In this document: one piece after another, positions 51,244 through 61,885 of the stretch
How the letters are laid out: each line of letters opens with the position of its first letter
How positions within the stretch are numbered: the first letter of the stretch is position 1
From: Longimicrobiales bacterium
GTDB lineage: Bacteria; Gemmatimonadota; Gemmatimonadetes; Longimicrobiales; Gaopeijiaceae
DNA length: 64,000 bases
Assembly: GCA_965197485.1 (NCBI GenBank)
Contig: CBDANG010000009.1
Coordinates: 113,977 to 177,976, forward strand
Direction of reading: 5' to 3'
Made by a program: the position numbers and the translations under genes
The notes under the pieces: model-generated
The model's database searches: none
What the model was told of the DNA's origin: nothing
Seen by the model: only the letters and a program-made list of their open reading frames with translations

Positions 51244-51432
51244 GCTTTACCGTACGGCGCTCGAAGGGCCGGGGATCCGGATCTTGTGTGCCATTCAATG
51301 AGACCGTATCGGGCCTGAGATGGTTGCACCCGGTGTGGGAGATGAAATTCCGACGGCGGAACGCCGTATGAGCGGGATCGTTGGGAAGGCAGTGCTGTCG
51401 ACCGAACACCGAAACGTAAGGAGCTCACTTAG

Positions 51433-52137
51433 ATGTCAGGCGATGCGCGTAGCTTGATCACCAGACGCTTTTTCCGCCCGATCCGCCCACTCATATGGGC
51501 CGGCACCTTGCTGGCGATGACCGTTGCGGGATGCCAAAGCATGAGCAGAACGCAGCGAGGTGGAGCCATCGGAGCCGCAGCGGGAGGAGTCCTCGGAGGT
51601 ATTATCGACGACAACACCGCCCGGGGTGCGATTATCGGTGCCGTGATCGGGGGGACCGCTGGCGCCGTGATCGGCCGCGAGATGGATCAACAGGCCGAAG
51701 AGCTCGAGGCGAGCCTTCCGAATGCGCAGGTGGAGCGAATTGGGGAGGGTATCCGAGTCACCTTCGATTCCGGGATTCTCTTCGCCTTCGACTCGTCAGA
51801 GCTGCAGGCGGCGGCGCAACAGAACCTCCGAGATCTGGGCGAAAGCCTCACCGAGTTTTCCAATACCGAAGTTCTGATCGTCGGCCACACGGACTCGACG
51901 GGTTCGGACTCTTACAATCAGGGACTTTCTGAGCGGAGGGCCGATTCGGCGGCTGCCTATCTCAGGCAGCAGGGGATCCCCAGAGACCGGATCGCTGCTG
52001 AAGGGCGCGGAGAGTCTGAACCCGTGGCCTCCAACGACGATGAGGTCGGGCAGCAGCTAAACCGTCGAGTCGAAGTCGCGATCTTTGCAAGCGAGGAGTA
52101 CCGTGAAGAGCTGGAGGAACGGTATGGAACGAACTGA
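51433..52137 (+). CDS. OmpA-family lipoprotein with glycine-zipper segment
   Basis: Lipobox LLAMTVAGC, a Gly-zipper GGAIGAAAGGVLGGII...IIGAVIGGTAGAVIG, and an OmpA_C region LIVGHTDSTGSDSYNQGLSERRA...NRRVEV. AAGGAG lies upstream. Confidence 0.85.
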   Translation: MSGDARSLITRRFFRPIRPLIWAGTLLAMTVAGCQSMSRTQRGGAIGAAAGGVLGGIIDDNTARGAIIGAVIGGTAGAVIGREMDQQAEELEASLPNAQVERIGEGIRVTFDSGILFAFDSSELQAAAQQNLRDLGESLTEFSNTEVLIVGHTDSTGSDSYNQGLSERRADSAAAYLRQQGIPRDRIAAEGRGESEPVASNDDEVGQQLNRRVEVAIFASEEYREELEERYGTN

Positions 52138-52165
52138 GCCGTAGCCACAGAAGTAAGGGGCCCCG

Positions 52166-52300
52166 ATGAAACCAATCGGTCAGGTCCAGCTAGTGATGCT
52201 GCTCATCCTCGTGGGTTGCAGCGGTGACGGCGGCACGACGGGAGTAGATGCTGGCGATGGGAATGGCGACTCAGGCGGGCTCATCCCCAGGGCCAACTAA
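52166..52300 (+). CDS. possible 44-aa lipoprotein (below the ORF-track size cutoff)
   Basis: Hand translation gives MKPIGQVQLVMLLILVGCSGDGGTTGVDAGDGNGDSGGLIPRAN. It has the lipobox LVGC, and AAGGGG lies 6 nt upstream of the ATG. Confidence 0.35.
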   Translation: MKPIGQVQLVMLLILVGCSGDGGTTGVDAGDGNGDSGGLIPRAN

Positions 52301-52426
52301 TTAGGTAAAATCCGCTGGATAGAGGGCGCTCTTGTTTTATCGTGGATATTCGGCTTATCTTCGACTTTCGGTATTTATTCGGGTATAAACCCTCTATGAC
52401 TCATCGTCTCTCGATCTCGACCGGTC

Positions 52427-53713
52427 ATGTCTACTCCTTCCTCGCGCACGTCTCTCTGTCTCTGGCTTCCCACCTTCGAGCTCCGGCTCGAGCTGGTCCG
52501 TGCCCCGGAGTTGGACACAACATCGGTTGCACTCCTGACTCCGGGCGATTTGAGAGAGCGCCGAGAGATCTGGCAGGTGTCGGAGCGGGCAGCGCAGGCG
52601 GGCGTTCGTCCGGGCATGCGAGTGTCTCGAGCTGTTTCCCTCTGCTCTTCCCTGACCCTCCTGGAACCCGATCCCACACATTACGGAGCTACCACACAGG
52701 AGGTCCTGGGAGTCCTCGAAACCGTGAGTCCAATCGTACAGACTGCGGGACGGCAAGGGGTTTTCCATGTGGGAATGGATGGACTGGAGCGTCTTTACGG
52801 CTCCCCCCGAACCCAGGTGGACCGGGTTCTTCACGCTGTTCTGGAGGTCCTTCCGCGCCCCCTCGTGGCAGCCATCCGGGCAGGGCGGGCTCCAGGGCTC
52901 TTCGGAGCGTGGGTCGCAGCTGTCTCGGCTCGCCCAGGAAGTCCGGTGTTGGTGGAAGTGGGCGAGTTGACTCGTTTTCTGGCTCCTCATCCAATCTCGG
53001 CACTTCCGGTCCCGGAGGAGATGCCTGAGGAAATGCTGGAACGACTGGAACGACTAGACATCCGCACGCTAGGAACTCTAGGAGAGCTTCCAGTCTCGGC
53101 TCTCATGCGTCACTTCGGCCCTGCCGGCCGGGAGGCTCGAGCCCTGGCCCGCGGGGAGCGCATCGATTCGGTGCGTCCTCTGCACCGCCCTCGACCCATC
53201 CGAGTTTCCCTGGATTTCCCCTCGCCGGTGGGTGAGCGCGAGGCGCTTCACAGAGGTCTAGATCGGCTTCTGGAGCGAGGATTGAACCGACCGGAGCGGC
53301 GCGACCGGAGCATCCGCGGTATTCGGGCGGGGGGGTATCTGGAAGAAGGAGGCTCCTGGGAAGTGGAGGTCACCCTCCGAGAGCCTTCAGCCCGACGCGA
53401 GACTCTGGCCTTCCCCTTACGCAATAGAGTGGCTCTCTCCCCTCCGCCACGATCGGTCGAGTCCCTCTTCGTCGAATTCTTCGACTTCGGAGCTCCAGCA
53501 TTCCAGAGCGACCTCTTCAAACGAAACGAGGTGGGAAGCCGAACTACAGAAGACGGTTCCCTGGCCGTGGGGCGGATCTCCAAAAGCCTGAAAGAGGCAG
53601 TCCAGGAACTCACTCTGAAGCTAGGCCACTCTCCTTTGTATCGGGTCGTGGAAGTCGATCCCTGGTCCCGAATTCCTGAGCGCCGTCATGCTCTGCTGGC
53701 ATTGGAGCCCTGA
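52427..53713 (+). CDS. Y-family DNA polymerase-like protein, ImuB-like (catalytic acidic residues not evident)
   Basis: The N-terminus reads LCLWLPTFELRLELV where DinB-type enzymes have VDMDCFFA. The region FLAPHPISALPVPEEM..LERLDIRTLGTLGELPVSALMRHFGPAGREARALARGE matches the Y-family HhH/thumb pattern. Confidence 0.6.
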   Translation: MSTPSSRTSLCLWLPTFELRLELVRAPELDTTSVALLTPGDLRERREIWQVSERAAQAGVRPGMRVSRAVSLCSSLTLLEPDPTHYGATTQEVLGVLETVSPIVQTAGRQGVFHVGMDGLERLYGSPRTQVDRVLHAVLEVLPRPLVAAIRAGRAPGLFGAWVAAVSARPGSPVLVEVGELTRFLAPHPISALPVPEEMPEEMLERLERLDIRTLGTLGELPVSALMRHFGPAGREARALARGERIDSVRPLHRPRPIRVSLDFPSPVGEREALHRGLDRLLERGLNRPERRDRSIRGIRAGGYLEEGGSWEVEVTLREPSARRETLAFPLRNRVALSPPPRSVESLFVEFFDFGAPAFQSDLFKRNEVGSRTTEDGSLAVGRISKSLKEAVQELTLKLGHSPLYRVVEVDPWSRIPERRHALLALEP

Positions 53714-53732
53714 GATAGAGGGAATCTCGCGT

Positions 53733-54044
53733 ATGAAGCCCGAGTCGAAACCCGACATCCGCCTGAGACCTCTGGGTTTGCCCTCTTCCATTCAGGTCCG
53801 AACGGATCGGGAGGGATACCCTGTAGAGGTACATTTACCGGGCCAGCGAGGAACCGGAAGCCCGCGTAGAGGTGGAAGCCGGCACAGGATCGAAACCGTG
53901 GCCTCCATCTACGAAATCTGGAGAATTGATGACGAGTGGTGGAGGCAGCCCATCTCACGCCTCTATCACCAGGTCGTTCTGGAAAGCGGGAAGATGATGA
54001 CGCTTTACCGAGACCTGATTGACGGGAGCTGGTACGCGCAGTGA
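53733..54044 (+). CDS. small conserved-looking protein with C-terminal Trp-rich motif (possibly the DUF6504 type seen next to Y-family polymerases)
   Basis: 103 aa ending ...IETVASIYEIWRIDDEWWRQPISRLYHQVVLESGKMMTLYRDLIDGSWYAQ. It starts 20 nt after the ImuB-like stop, with GAGGGA upstream. The family name is from memory and is unverified. Confidence 0.45.
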   Translation: MKPESKPDIRLRPLGLPSSIQVRTDREGYPVEVHLPGQRGTGSPRRGGSRHRIETVASIYEIWRIDDEWWRQPISRLYHQVVLESGKMMTLYRDLIDGSWYAQ

Positions 54045-54066
54045 TCGGGGGCCAGCTGCAGGACAA

Positions 54067-57000
54067 CTAGTCGCCCGATGCCCACCCTCGCTCACGTACA
54101 AGGTCCACCAGTTCGCCGCGAGAGCTTACGCCCAGCTTCGCATAGATGTTCGTGAGATGGGTCGTCACCGTCCGGGGCGAAATCCCAAGCTCCTTAGCAA
54201 TCGACTTGTTCGACTGACGGGCTGACACCAGTCGGGAGATCTCCAATTCTCTGCCTGTCAGCCCTCCAAGCCCCTGTGTCAACGACCGAGGGGGCGGGCG
54301 GGTCTCCAACTCCTTGAACATCCCGCGCGTTTTCTCGAGCTCTGGCTGAGCTCCCAGATCACGGAAGATAGAATGTGCCCTTCGGAGCTCGGAAAGGGCC
54401 TCGTCTGTATAACCCAACTCTGCCAGACGTCCCGCTAGTTGCCGACGTATGCGAGCTGCGTCGAACACCCATCGGGATACCCTCGAGCCGGTCCGCAGCG
54501 GCTCGCAGACGCACACTTCCGCCCTCGACATCCCCGGACAGCCACGTCACCAGAGCATCACAAGCGTCGGCCCAAGCGAGACCCAGGATGTGGTCCATAC
54601 GCTTCGAGTCACGACGGAGCCGTAGCCCAACTCGCTGCGCCCCTTCCAAATCGCGAGCCAGCAGATAGGCCTCCGAGAGCAGGGGCCTCAGGTGGTGAAG
54701 GCTCCAGATCGCCGACCCACTCCGGTCTGCCATCTCTAGCCCCTGCTCGCCGACCGTGATCGCTGAAGCGATATCTCCCTCGGCCAGATGCAAGCTCACT
54801 TTCCCCGTGAACGCTGGAATCGCCGCATGGAGATCGAATCCGGGGTCTGGCTCTCCCGGTGCATCCAGCCCGGCCAGTGCCCACGCTTCCTCCACCAGAG
54901 CACGCCCGCGGGTGATGTCACCACGACCCAAGACCGGGAGCGCCGTCCACACGAGAAGCCGGGGAAGCAGCGAGCGCTGACCGAGTGCCCGTGCTCGGGA
55001 AATCGCCTGCTCCCCCATCATGACCGCTGTATCCCAGTCGCCCCTGGCATGCGCTTCCTGAAGCGAGAGCTCGTCGGTCCGTAATTCGAGAATGGGCGAG
55101 CGGAGCTCCTCGGCAAGACGCCGGGCTTCGGTAATCCGCTCTTTCATCTGCGCCAGGTTTCCGGTGAGCCCTTCAAGCACACCGAGTCCCCAATGAGTGC
55201 CCCACGCCCCGCTCAAATCCTGAGAGGCCTCAGCTCCTTCAATGGCTTTCCAGGCATGTTGGCGGGCCGTGGTCGGCCGACCCGTCCACATGTTATGGAG
55301 GGCGAGTAGCTGATGGGCTCGAATGCCGATTAGTGAATGGTCGTGCTGCTGAGCGAGTGCCAGAGCGGCATTCACATCGTCCGCCGCCTCATCCCACCGG
55401 GCAAGCTCCTGTAGACAGGCGCCTCGGGCCAGCTGAATCTGACCCTTCAAAAGGGGATGGGAGTCGGCAGCCAGGATCCCCGCCTCGTAGTGCGCCAGCG
55501 CCTCCGTGTACTGTCCATTCCGGAAGCAGGCAACCCCAAGGCGCCTCCGGAGCTCGGCAATGTTCGAACCTCCCTCGGGATCATCGATGTCCCGGAGCCC
55601 CCGCTTCAGGACCTCGATCGCCTCGTCGTATTGACCCGTGCGCTCGAGAGCCTTCGCGAAGTCCGTCAGGACACCCGATGGCTCTGGACCCGCAGCCTCC
55701 TCTGCTTTCCGGCGATCCATAAGCTCAAGAGCAGCCCCGAGATGCCGGGCAGCTTCCTGATCTGCGTGACGGTCCAGCGCCCGACGTCCAGCTACGAGTA
55801 AGTACTGGAACGCCTTTCCGGCCGGGGTGTGATCGCCCGAGCAGTGGAAGTGATAGGCGAGTTCCTCGGCACGATCGATGACCCTTTCCGGACCCTCCTT
55901 CTCGAGCGCATCTCCCACCTCCCTGTGAAGCATCCGCGTGCGAGGTCCCCCTAATCGGCTGTAGACACACTCACGGATCAGTGGATGCGTGAAGGCGAGC
56001 GACCCGGTCGAGTCTGCGGCGCCTCCCTCCACGATGCCCCTGACGCGAAGCTCATCGATCGCGTCAAGAGTCTCCTCGTCACGCAGACCGGCCACGGATG
56101 CGAGAATCGAGAACCGAATTCGATCTCCCATCGCGGACGCCACTTCGACAACTCGTTGAGCGGGTTGAGATAGTCGCGATAGCCTGCTGGCCACGAGATC
56201 CTGGACCCCTCTGGGTGGCTCGAACTCGTCGATCTCCCATCCGAGCCAGGTCTCGTTGCGAGGGTAGAGGTGCCCACTCTCGATCAGGGACCTCAACGTC
56301 TCCGTCGCGAACAGCGAGTTCCCGCCACTCCATTCGTGAAGCCTGGTCGCAAAATCTCGGCATACATCTATGGAGACCGAGAAAGTCTTCATCACCAGCT
56401 GTTGTATCTCGTCCTCCTCCAGCGGGTCCACAGCCAATGACTGCGCGAGTCCGGCTCCGCTGAGCGATGTCTCGAAGTCTAAGAGGGCCGAATTCTCCTC
56501 GCGCAGCCCTTCGGTCGAAGAGCACAGGAACCGCACCGGGTGACCTTCGAGCTGGCGGATGGCGAAATGCAGGAGCTGGATCGCAGAGGGGTCGGCCCAA
56601 TGGAGATCCTCTGCCACGACAAGGAGAGGTTCTCGCCTTACCAGACCCCTTAGTAGCTCTGAAAAACTCCAAAACAGCGTGGTTCGCTTATCCTCGGGAG
56701 GACCCGCGACCGAGATATCGGGCAGTTCGCCCCCATCCGCGGCCGCGGGGAAAAGACTATACAACTCCGCAAGTCGGCCACGAGTGAGCGTCTGCAGCGT
56801 GTGCGGCTCCGCCTCCTGCAAGAAGGGAACGAACGCATCGGCGAGCACTGCATACGAAAGGCCATTGTCCAACGGAAAGGCACACCCATGAAACACCTTC
56901 ATTCCCGCGTGCAGCGCCGCTTCCTTGGCAACGCGGATCAATCGAGTCTTCCCGACTCCGGTTACGCCCCGAACCAGGAGCGCCTCCGGACCCGATGGCT

Positions 57001-57259
57001 CGGCTACGGCAAGGTGCAGCTTGAGTCGCTGGATCTCTGAGGCCAGTCCTACCAGCGGAAACTCGGTCGGAGACTCAGGTAGGGCCGTCGGCTCGGAAGT
57101 GTGAGGCGAGCTCATGCCAAGCTCCGGTCTGCCGGGTGACGCACTCGCGCTTCGGTTCCCATTCGTCTTTGAACCTACGAGTACTCGGCTAGCGGGCACA
57201 AAGTCTGATCGGTTCATCGGTGACCTCGATAGGAGCGGTTTCTCTCCGCGAACCAGCAT
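54067..57259 (-). pseudogene. large ATP-binding LuxR-family (LAL/MalT-like) regulator, split by an apparent 1-nt frameshift near 54465..54480
   Basis: Walker A GVTGVGKTRL, Walker B LLVVAEDLHWAD, and long TPR-like repeats. The LuxR HTH (GLTGRELEISRLVSARQSNKSIAKELGISPRTVTTHLTNIYAKLGV) lies in a different frame (ORF 54067..54531). The frames meet at ...RLEGIP / WVFDAARIRR.... Confidence 0.7.
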
Positions 57260-57283
57260 GACGATCTGCCCCCGAGCACGGCA

Positions 57284-57350
57284 TACGTAGCTCTACGTAG
57301 TCGGGGAATGCCTACGTACATCTGTGCTGCTGAATACGTATTCATCCGTA
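57284..57350. repeat. array of four exact TACGTA hexamers (57284, 57294, 57313, 57335) plus one near-copy TCCGTA (57345)
   Basis: Read directly from ggcaTACGTAGctcTACGTAGtcggggaatgccTACGTACatctgtgctgctgaaTACGTATtcaTCCGTAtga. It lies 25-90 nt upstream of the LAL regulator ATG, in the divergent intergenic region. Confidence 0.8.
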
Positions 57351-57485
57351 TGATCTCCGCCTGCCGGGCCAATCACCTTGAATCATGACCGCCACGATCT
57401 CGGGCCGCCGCGTAGGTGTCAGCGGGATCGGTCGCGATGTCTGCGGTCGGTCTACCGAGTTCAACGTGCCTGTTTCTGAAAGGAG

Positions 57486-58652
57486 ATGATCATGTCACAC
57501 AGAGCCGCAGTACTCGCCCTCCTGGTGCTCCCCGTTCTGGCCGCCGGATGTATCGAGCAGCCTGGGATAACGGATCCCTTGGTCCAGTCGGAAGACGCAG
57601 GAGAGTTTCCCGGCAGTTCCTCAGTGAGTACCGGAATCCCGCTTCGGGTCATGTCCCGAAACCTGTATCTGGGAGGAGACATCGGTCCGATCCTCGGAGC
57701 TTCCGACCCTGCTCAAATACCGCTTCGGGTCGCACAGACCTGGGCGACGATCCAGGCGACAGACTTCCCCGAGAGGGCCCGGTTAGTCGCCGCTGAGGTC
57801 GCGGCGTCTCGCCCAGATGTCATCGGTCTGCAGGAGGTCGCACTGTTTCGGACTCAGTCGCCGGGGGATTTCCTCGTTGGGAACCCACAATCGGCCGATC
57901 AGGTGGCGTTCGACTATCTCGAGATCCTGCTGAACGAATTCGCACGCCGCGGTCTCCGATACGAGGTCGCGACCTCCATTGAAAACGTCGACGTAGAGCT
58001 TCCGGCCGCGACCTCGCCGACCACCTTTGATGACATCCGTTATACGGACCGCGATGTGGTGTTGGTTCGTAGCCACGTCCAGATCGACGCGGCCAGCTCC
58101 GGACACTACAACGTCAACCTCTCCTTCCCGGTGGCGGGCGCGTTTCCGATAACCCTCTTCCGAGGCTGGAATCGCGTTGACCTGACCCACCGTGGAGCCA
58201 GCTATCATTTCGTGAACACCCACCTCGAGACCGATGAAAGCGGTCCGGTGGTTCAAGAGGTACAAGCTCAGGAATTGGTCGGAATGTTGGCCAGCGTCGC
58301 TGTTCCTACGTTTGTGGTGGGAGATCTAAATGGTACACCGCAAGGGGGAACGAACACCTACCAGACGCTGGTGGCGGCGGGGTTTGAGGACACCTGGACC
58401 TCTGCGCCTGCTTCGAGGGGTAATTCAGGCTTTACCTGCTGCTTCGATCCGGATCTCCTCGGTGGAGAGCTATTCGAGCGAATCGACTTCGTGTTCGCGC
58501 GTGGGTCGGGCGAGAAGCGGACACGGGTGCACAGCGCGCGGCTCGTAGGCGATGGCCCCTTCGCGCGGGTATCGTCGGTGCTTCGTCCATCCGACCACGC
58601 CGGGTTGGCGGCTAACGTAAGCTTTCCAGCTGCGATCTTGGCTGCATATTGA
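57486..58652 (+). CDS. secreted endonuclease/exonuclease/phosphatase (EEP) family lipoprotein
   Basis: Lipobox LVLPVLAAGC and EEP motifs VMSRNLY, GLQEV, VGDLNG and PSDHAGL. AAAGGAG lies upstream. Confidence 0.8.
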   Translation: MIMSHRAAVLALLVLPVLAAGCIEQPGITDPLVQSEDAGEFPGSSSVSTGIPLRVMSRNLYLGGDIGPILGASDPAQIPLRVAQTWATIQATDFPERARLVAAEVAASRPDVIGLQEVALFRTQSPGDFLVGNPQSADQVAFDYLEILLNEFARRGLRYEVATSIENVDVELPAATSPTTFDDIRYTDRDVVLVRSHVQIDAASSGHYNVNLSFPVAGAFPITLFRGWNRVDLTHRGASYHFVNTHLETDESGPVVQEVQAQELVGMLASVAVPTFVVGDLNGTPQGGTNTYQTLVAAGFEDTWTSAPASRGNSGFTCCFDPDLLGGELFERIDFVFARGSGEKRTRVHSARLVGDGPFARVSSVLRPSDHAGLAANVSFPAAILAAY

Positions 58653-58695
58653 ATCTGATCAACCTGGGGAGCTGTCGTTGATCCCTGAGCAGGCT

Positions 58696-58734
58696 CCCTT
58701 GCGGCGATCGAGACCCACTCGGTCGCCGCAAGGG
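58696..58734 (+). terminator. strong hairpin downstream of the EEP gene (17-bp stem incl. one G-U, 5-nt loop)
   Basis: The sequence is cccttgcggcgatcgag-accca-ctcggtcgccgcaaggg. No U-tract follows. Confidence 0.35.
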
Positions 58735-58831
58735 CTGTTCGCCACAGTCCTACAGTTGTTCCGGACCCCGCTCCCAGCTCGTGGGTAGCCCTCGGCCAAA
58801 CGGCGTGGCAACCTTGACCCCGAGGTACCCG

Positions 58832-59164
58832 ATGTCGACCGATCTCCTCTCCCGCCACTGTAAACCGCTTGCCAAGGGCACTCCCCCTCTCCGTGCTAAC
58901 GAGGCGGATGACCTTCGGGCTCAACTATCCGAGCGGTGGAGCGTCATAGACGAACACCACCTCGAGGGAAGCTTCGATTTCAGCGACTTCCTCGATGCTC
59001 TCACCTTCACAAACCGGGCGGGAGGAGCTGCCGAGGCCGAGGGCCACCACCCGGAGATCACCGTCACTTGGGGAGCCGCGACCGTGAGGATCTGGACCCA
59101 CTCGATCGATGGGCTCAGCGAGAACGATTTTATCCTAGCGGCGCGGTTGGACGCCCTCGCCTGA
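58832..59164 (+). CDS. phhB: pterin-4-alpha-carbinolamine dehydratase
   Basis: 110 aa containing ...FTNRAGGAAEAEGHHPEITVTWGAATVRIWTHSIDGLSENDFILAARLD. Start moved to ATG 58832. Confidence 0.85.
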   Translation: MSTDLLSRHCKPLAKGTPPLRANEADDLRAQLSERWSVIDEHHLEGSFDFSDFLDALTFTNRAGGAAEAEGHHPEITVTWGAATVRIWTHSIDGLSENDFILAARLDALA

Positions 59165-59185
59165 TTCGCAGAGCCGGCATTCGAG

Positions 59186-59905
59186 ATGGACGTGGACCCC
59201 GAGCCCCCTTCCCTCACCGAACTCGAAGCGGAAATCACGCTGTGCGATGCCTGTCCAAGGCTCGTGTCATGGCGTGAGAAGGTGGCGCGGGACAAGCGCG
59301 CCGCATACCAAGACGAGGAGTACTGGGGTCGGCCAGTTCCGGGATTCGGGGATCCTCGGTCGCGCCTGCTGATCGTGGGGCTCGCCCCTGGGGCCCACGG
59401 CTCTAACCGGACCGGACGAATGTTTACCGGAGATCGCTCCGGAGACTGGCTCTATAGGTCGTTGTATCGGTTCGGGTTTGCCTCGCAGCCCGAGGCGACG
59501 TCGCGAAGTGACGGCCTTCGGCTCGACAACGTCTTCATCACCGCCGCCCTCCGTTGTGCTCCCCCCGAAAACCGGCCGCTCGCGGAGGAGTGTTCCCGTT
59601 GCCGCCCGTTCCTGGAGCGCGAGCTCGACCACTTTCTCCCTCGACTCCGATGCATCGTCACCCTCGGTCAGTACGCGTTCGATCACACGCTCCGGCTGCT
59701 CAGAGATCGAGGGGTCCGCGTGCCTTCGCCGAAGCCCCGTTTCGGGCATGGAGCCGAGGTCTCGCTGGCAGACGACCTTAGGGTGTTGGCCTCCTACCAT
59801 CCGAGTCAACAGAACACTTTTACAGGCAAGCTCACTCGAGAGGCTTTCGATGAAATCTGGCGCTGTGCCCGAGCCTTTATGGACGAGGGAAGTGCCTCTC
59901 GCTGA
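59186..59905 (+). CDS. uracil-DNA glycosylase superfamily protein, family-5 (UdgB)-like
   Basis: Contains CDACPRL, LLIVGLAPGAHGSNRTGRMFTGDRSGDWL and SYHPSQQN. Confidence 0.75.
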   Translation: MDVDPEPPSLTELEAEITLCDACPRLVSWREKVARDKRAAYQDEEYWGRPVPGFGDPRSRLLIVGLAPGAHGSNRTGRMFTGDRSGDWLYRSLYRFGFASQPEATSRSDGLRLDNVFITAALRCAPPENRPLAEECSRCRPFLERELDHFLPRLRCIVTLGQYAFDHTLRLLRDRGVRVPSPKPRFGHGAEVSLADDLRVLASYHPSQQNTFTGKLTREAFDEIWRCARAFMDEGSASR

Positions 59906-59962
59906 CCCCTCCGGCCATGGCGCTTCATGCCCGCGGTTCATAGGTTCCTATTCAACAGGACA

Positions 59963-61848
<1,886 letters not shown>

Positions 61849-61885
61849 TCCGAGAAACTCGAAGGTCACGTCCTCAGGAGTCTTG

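Noticed and set aside
52341-52349. DnaA-box-like CGTGGATAT, and a search for a LexA box upstream of the ImuB-like gene.
   Set aside because: It is a single 7-of-9 match. No CTGT-N8-ACAG, GAAC-N4-GTTC or GTTC-N7-GTTC pattern is present.
52342-53028. ORFs 52342..53028 (+) and 52394..52990 (-) overlapping the start of the ImuB-like gene.
   Set aside because: They are shadow frames. Only the 52427 frame shows Y-family polymerase motifs.
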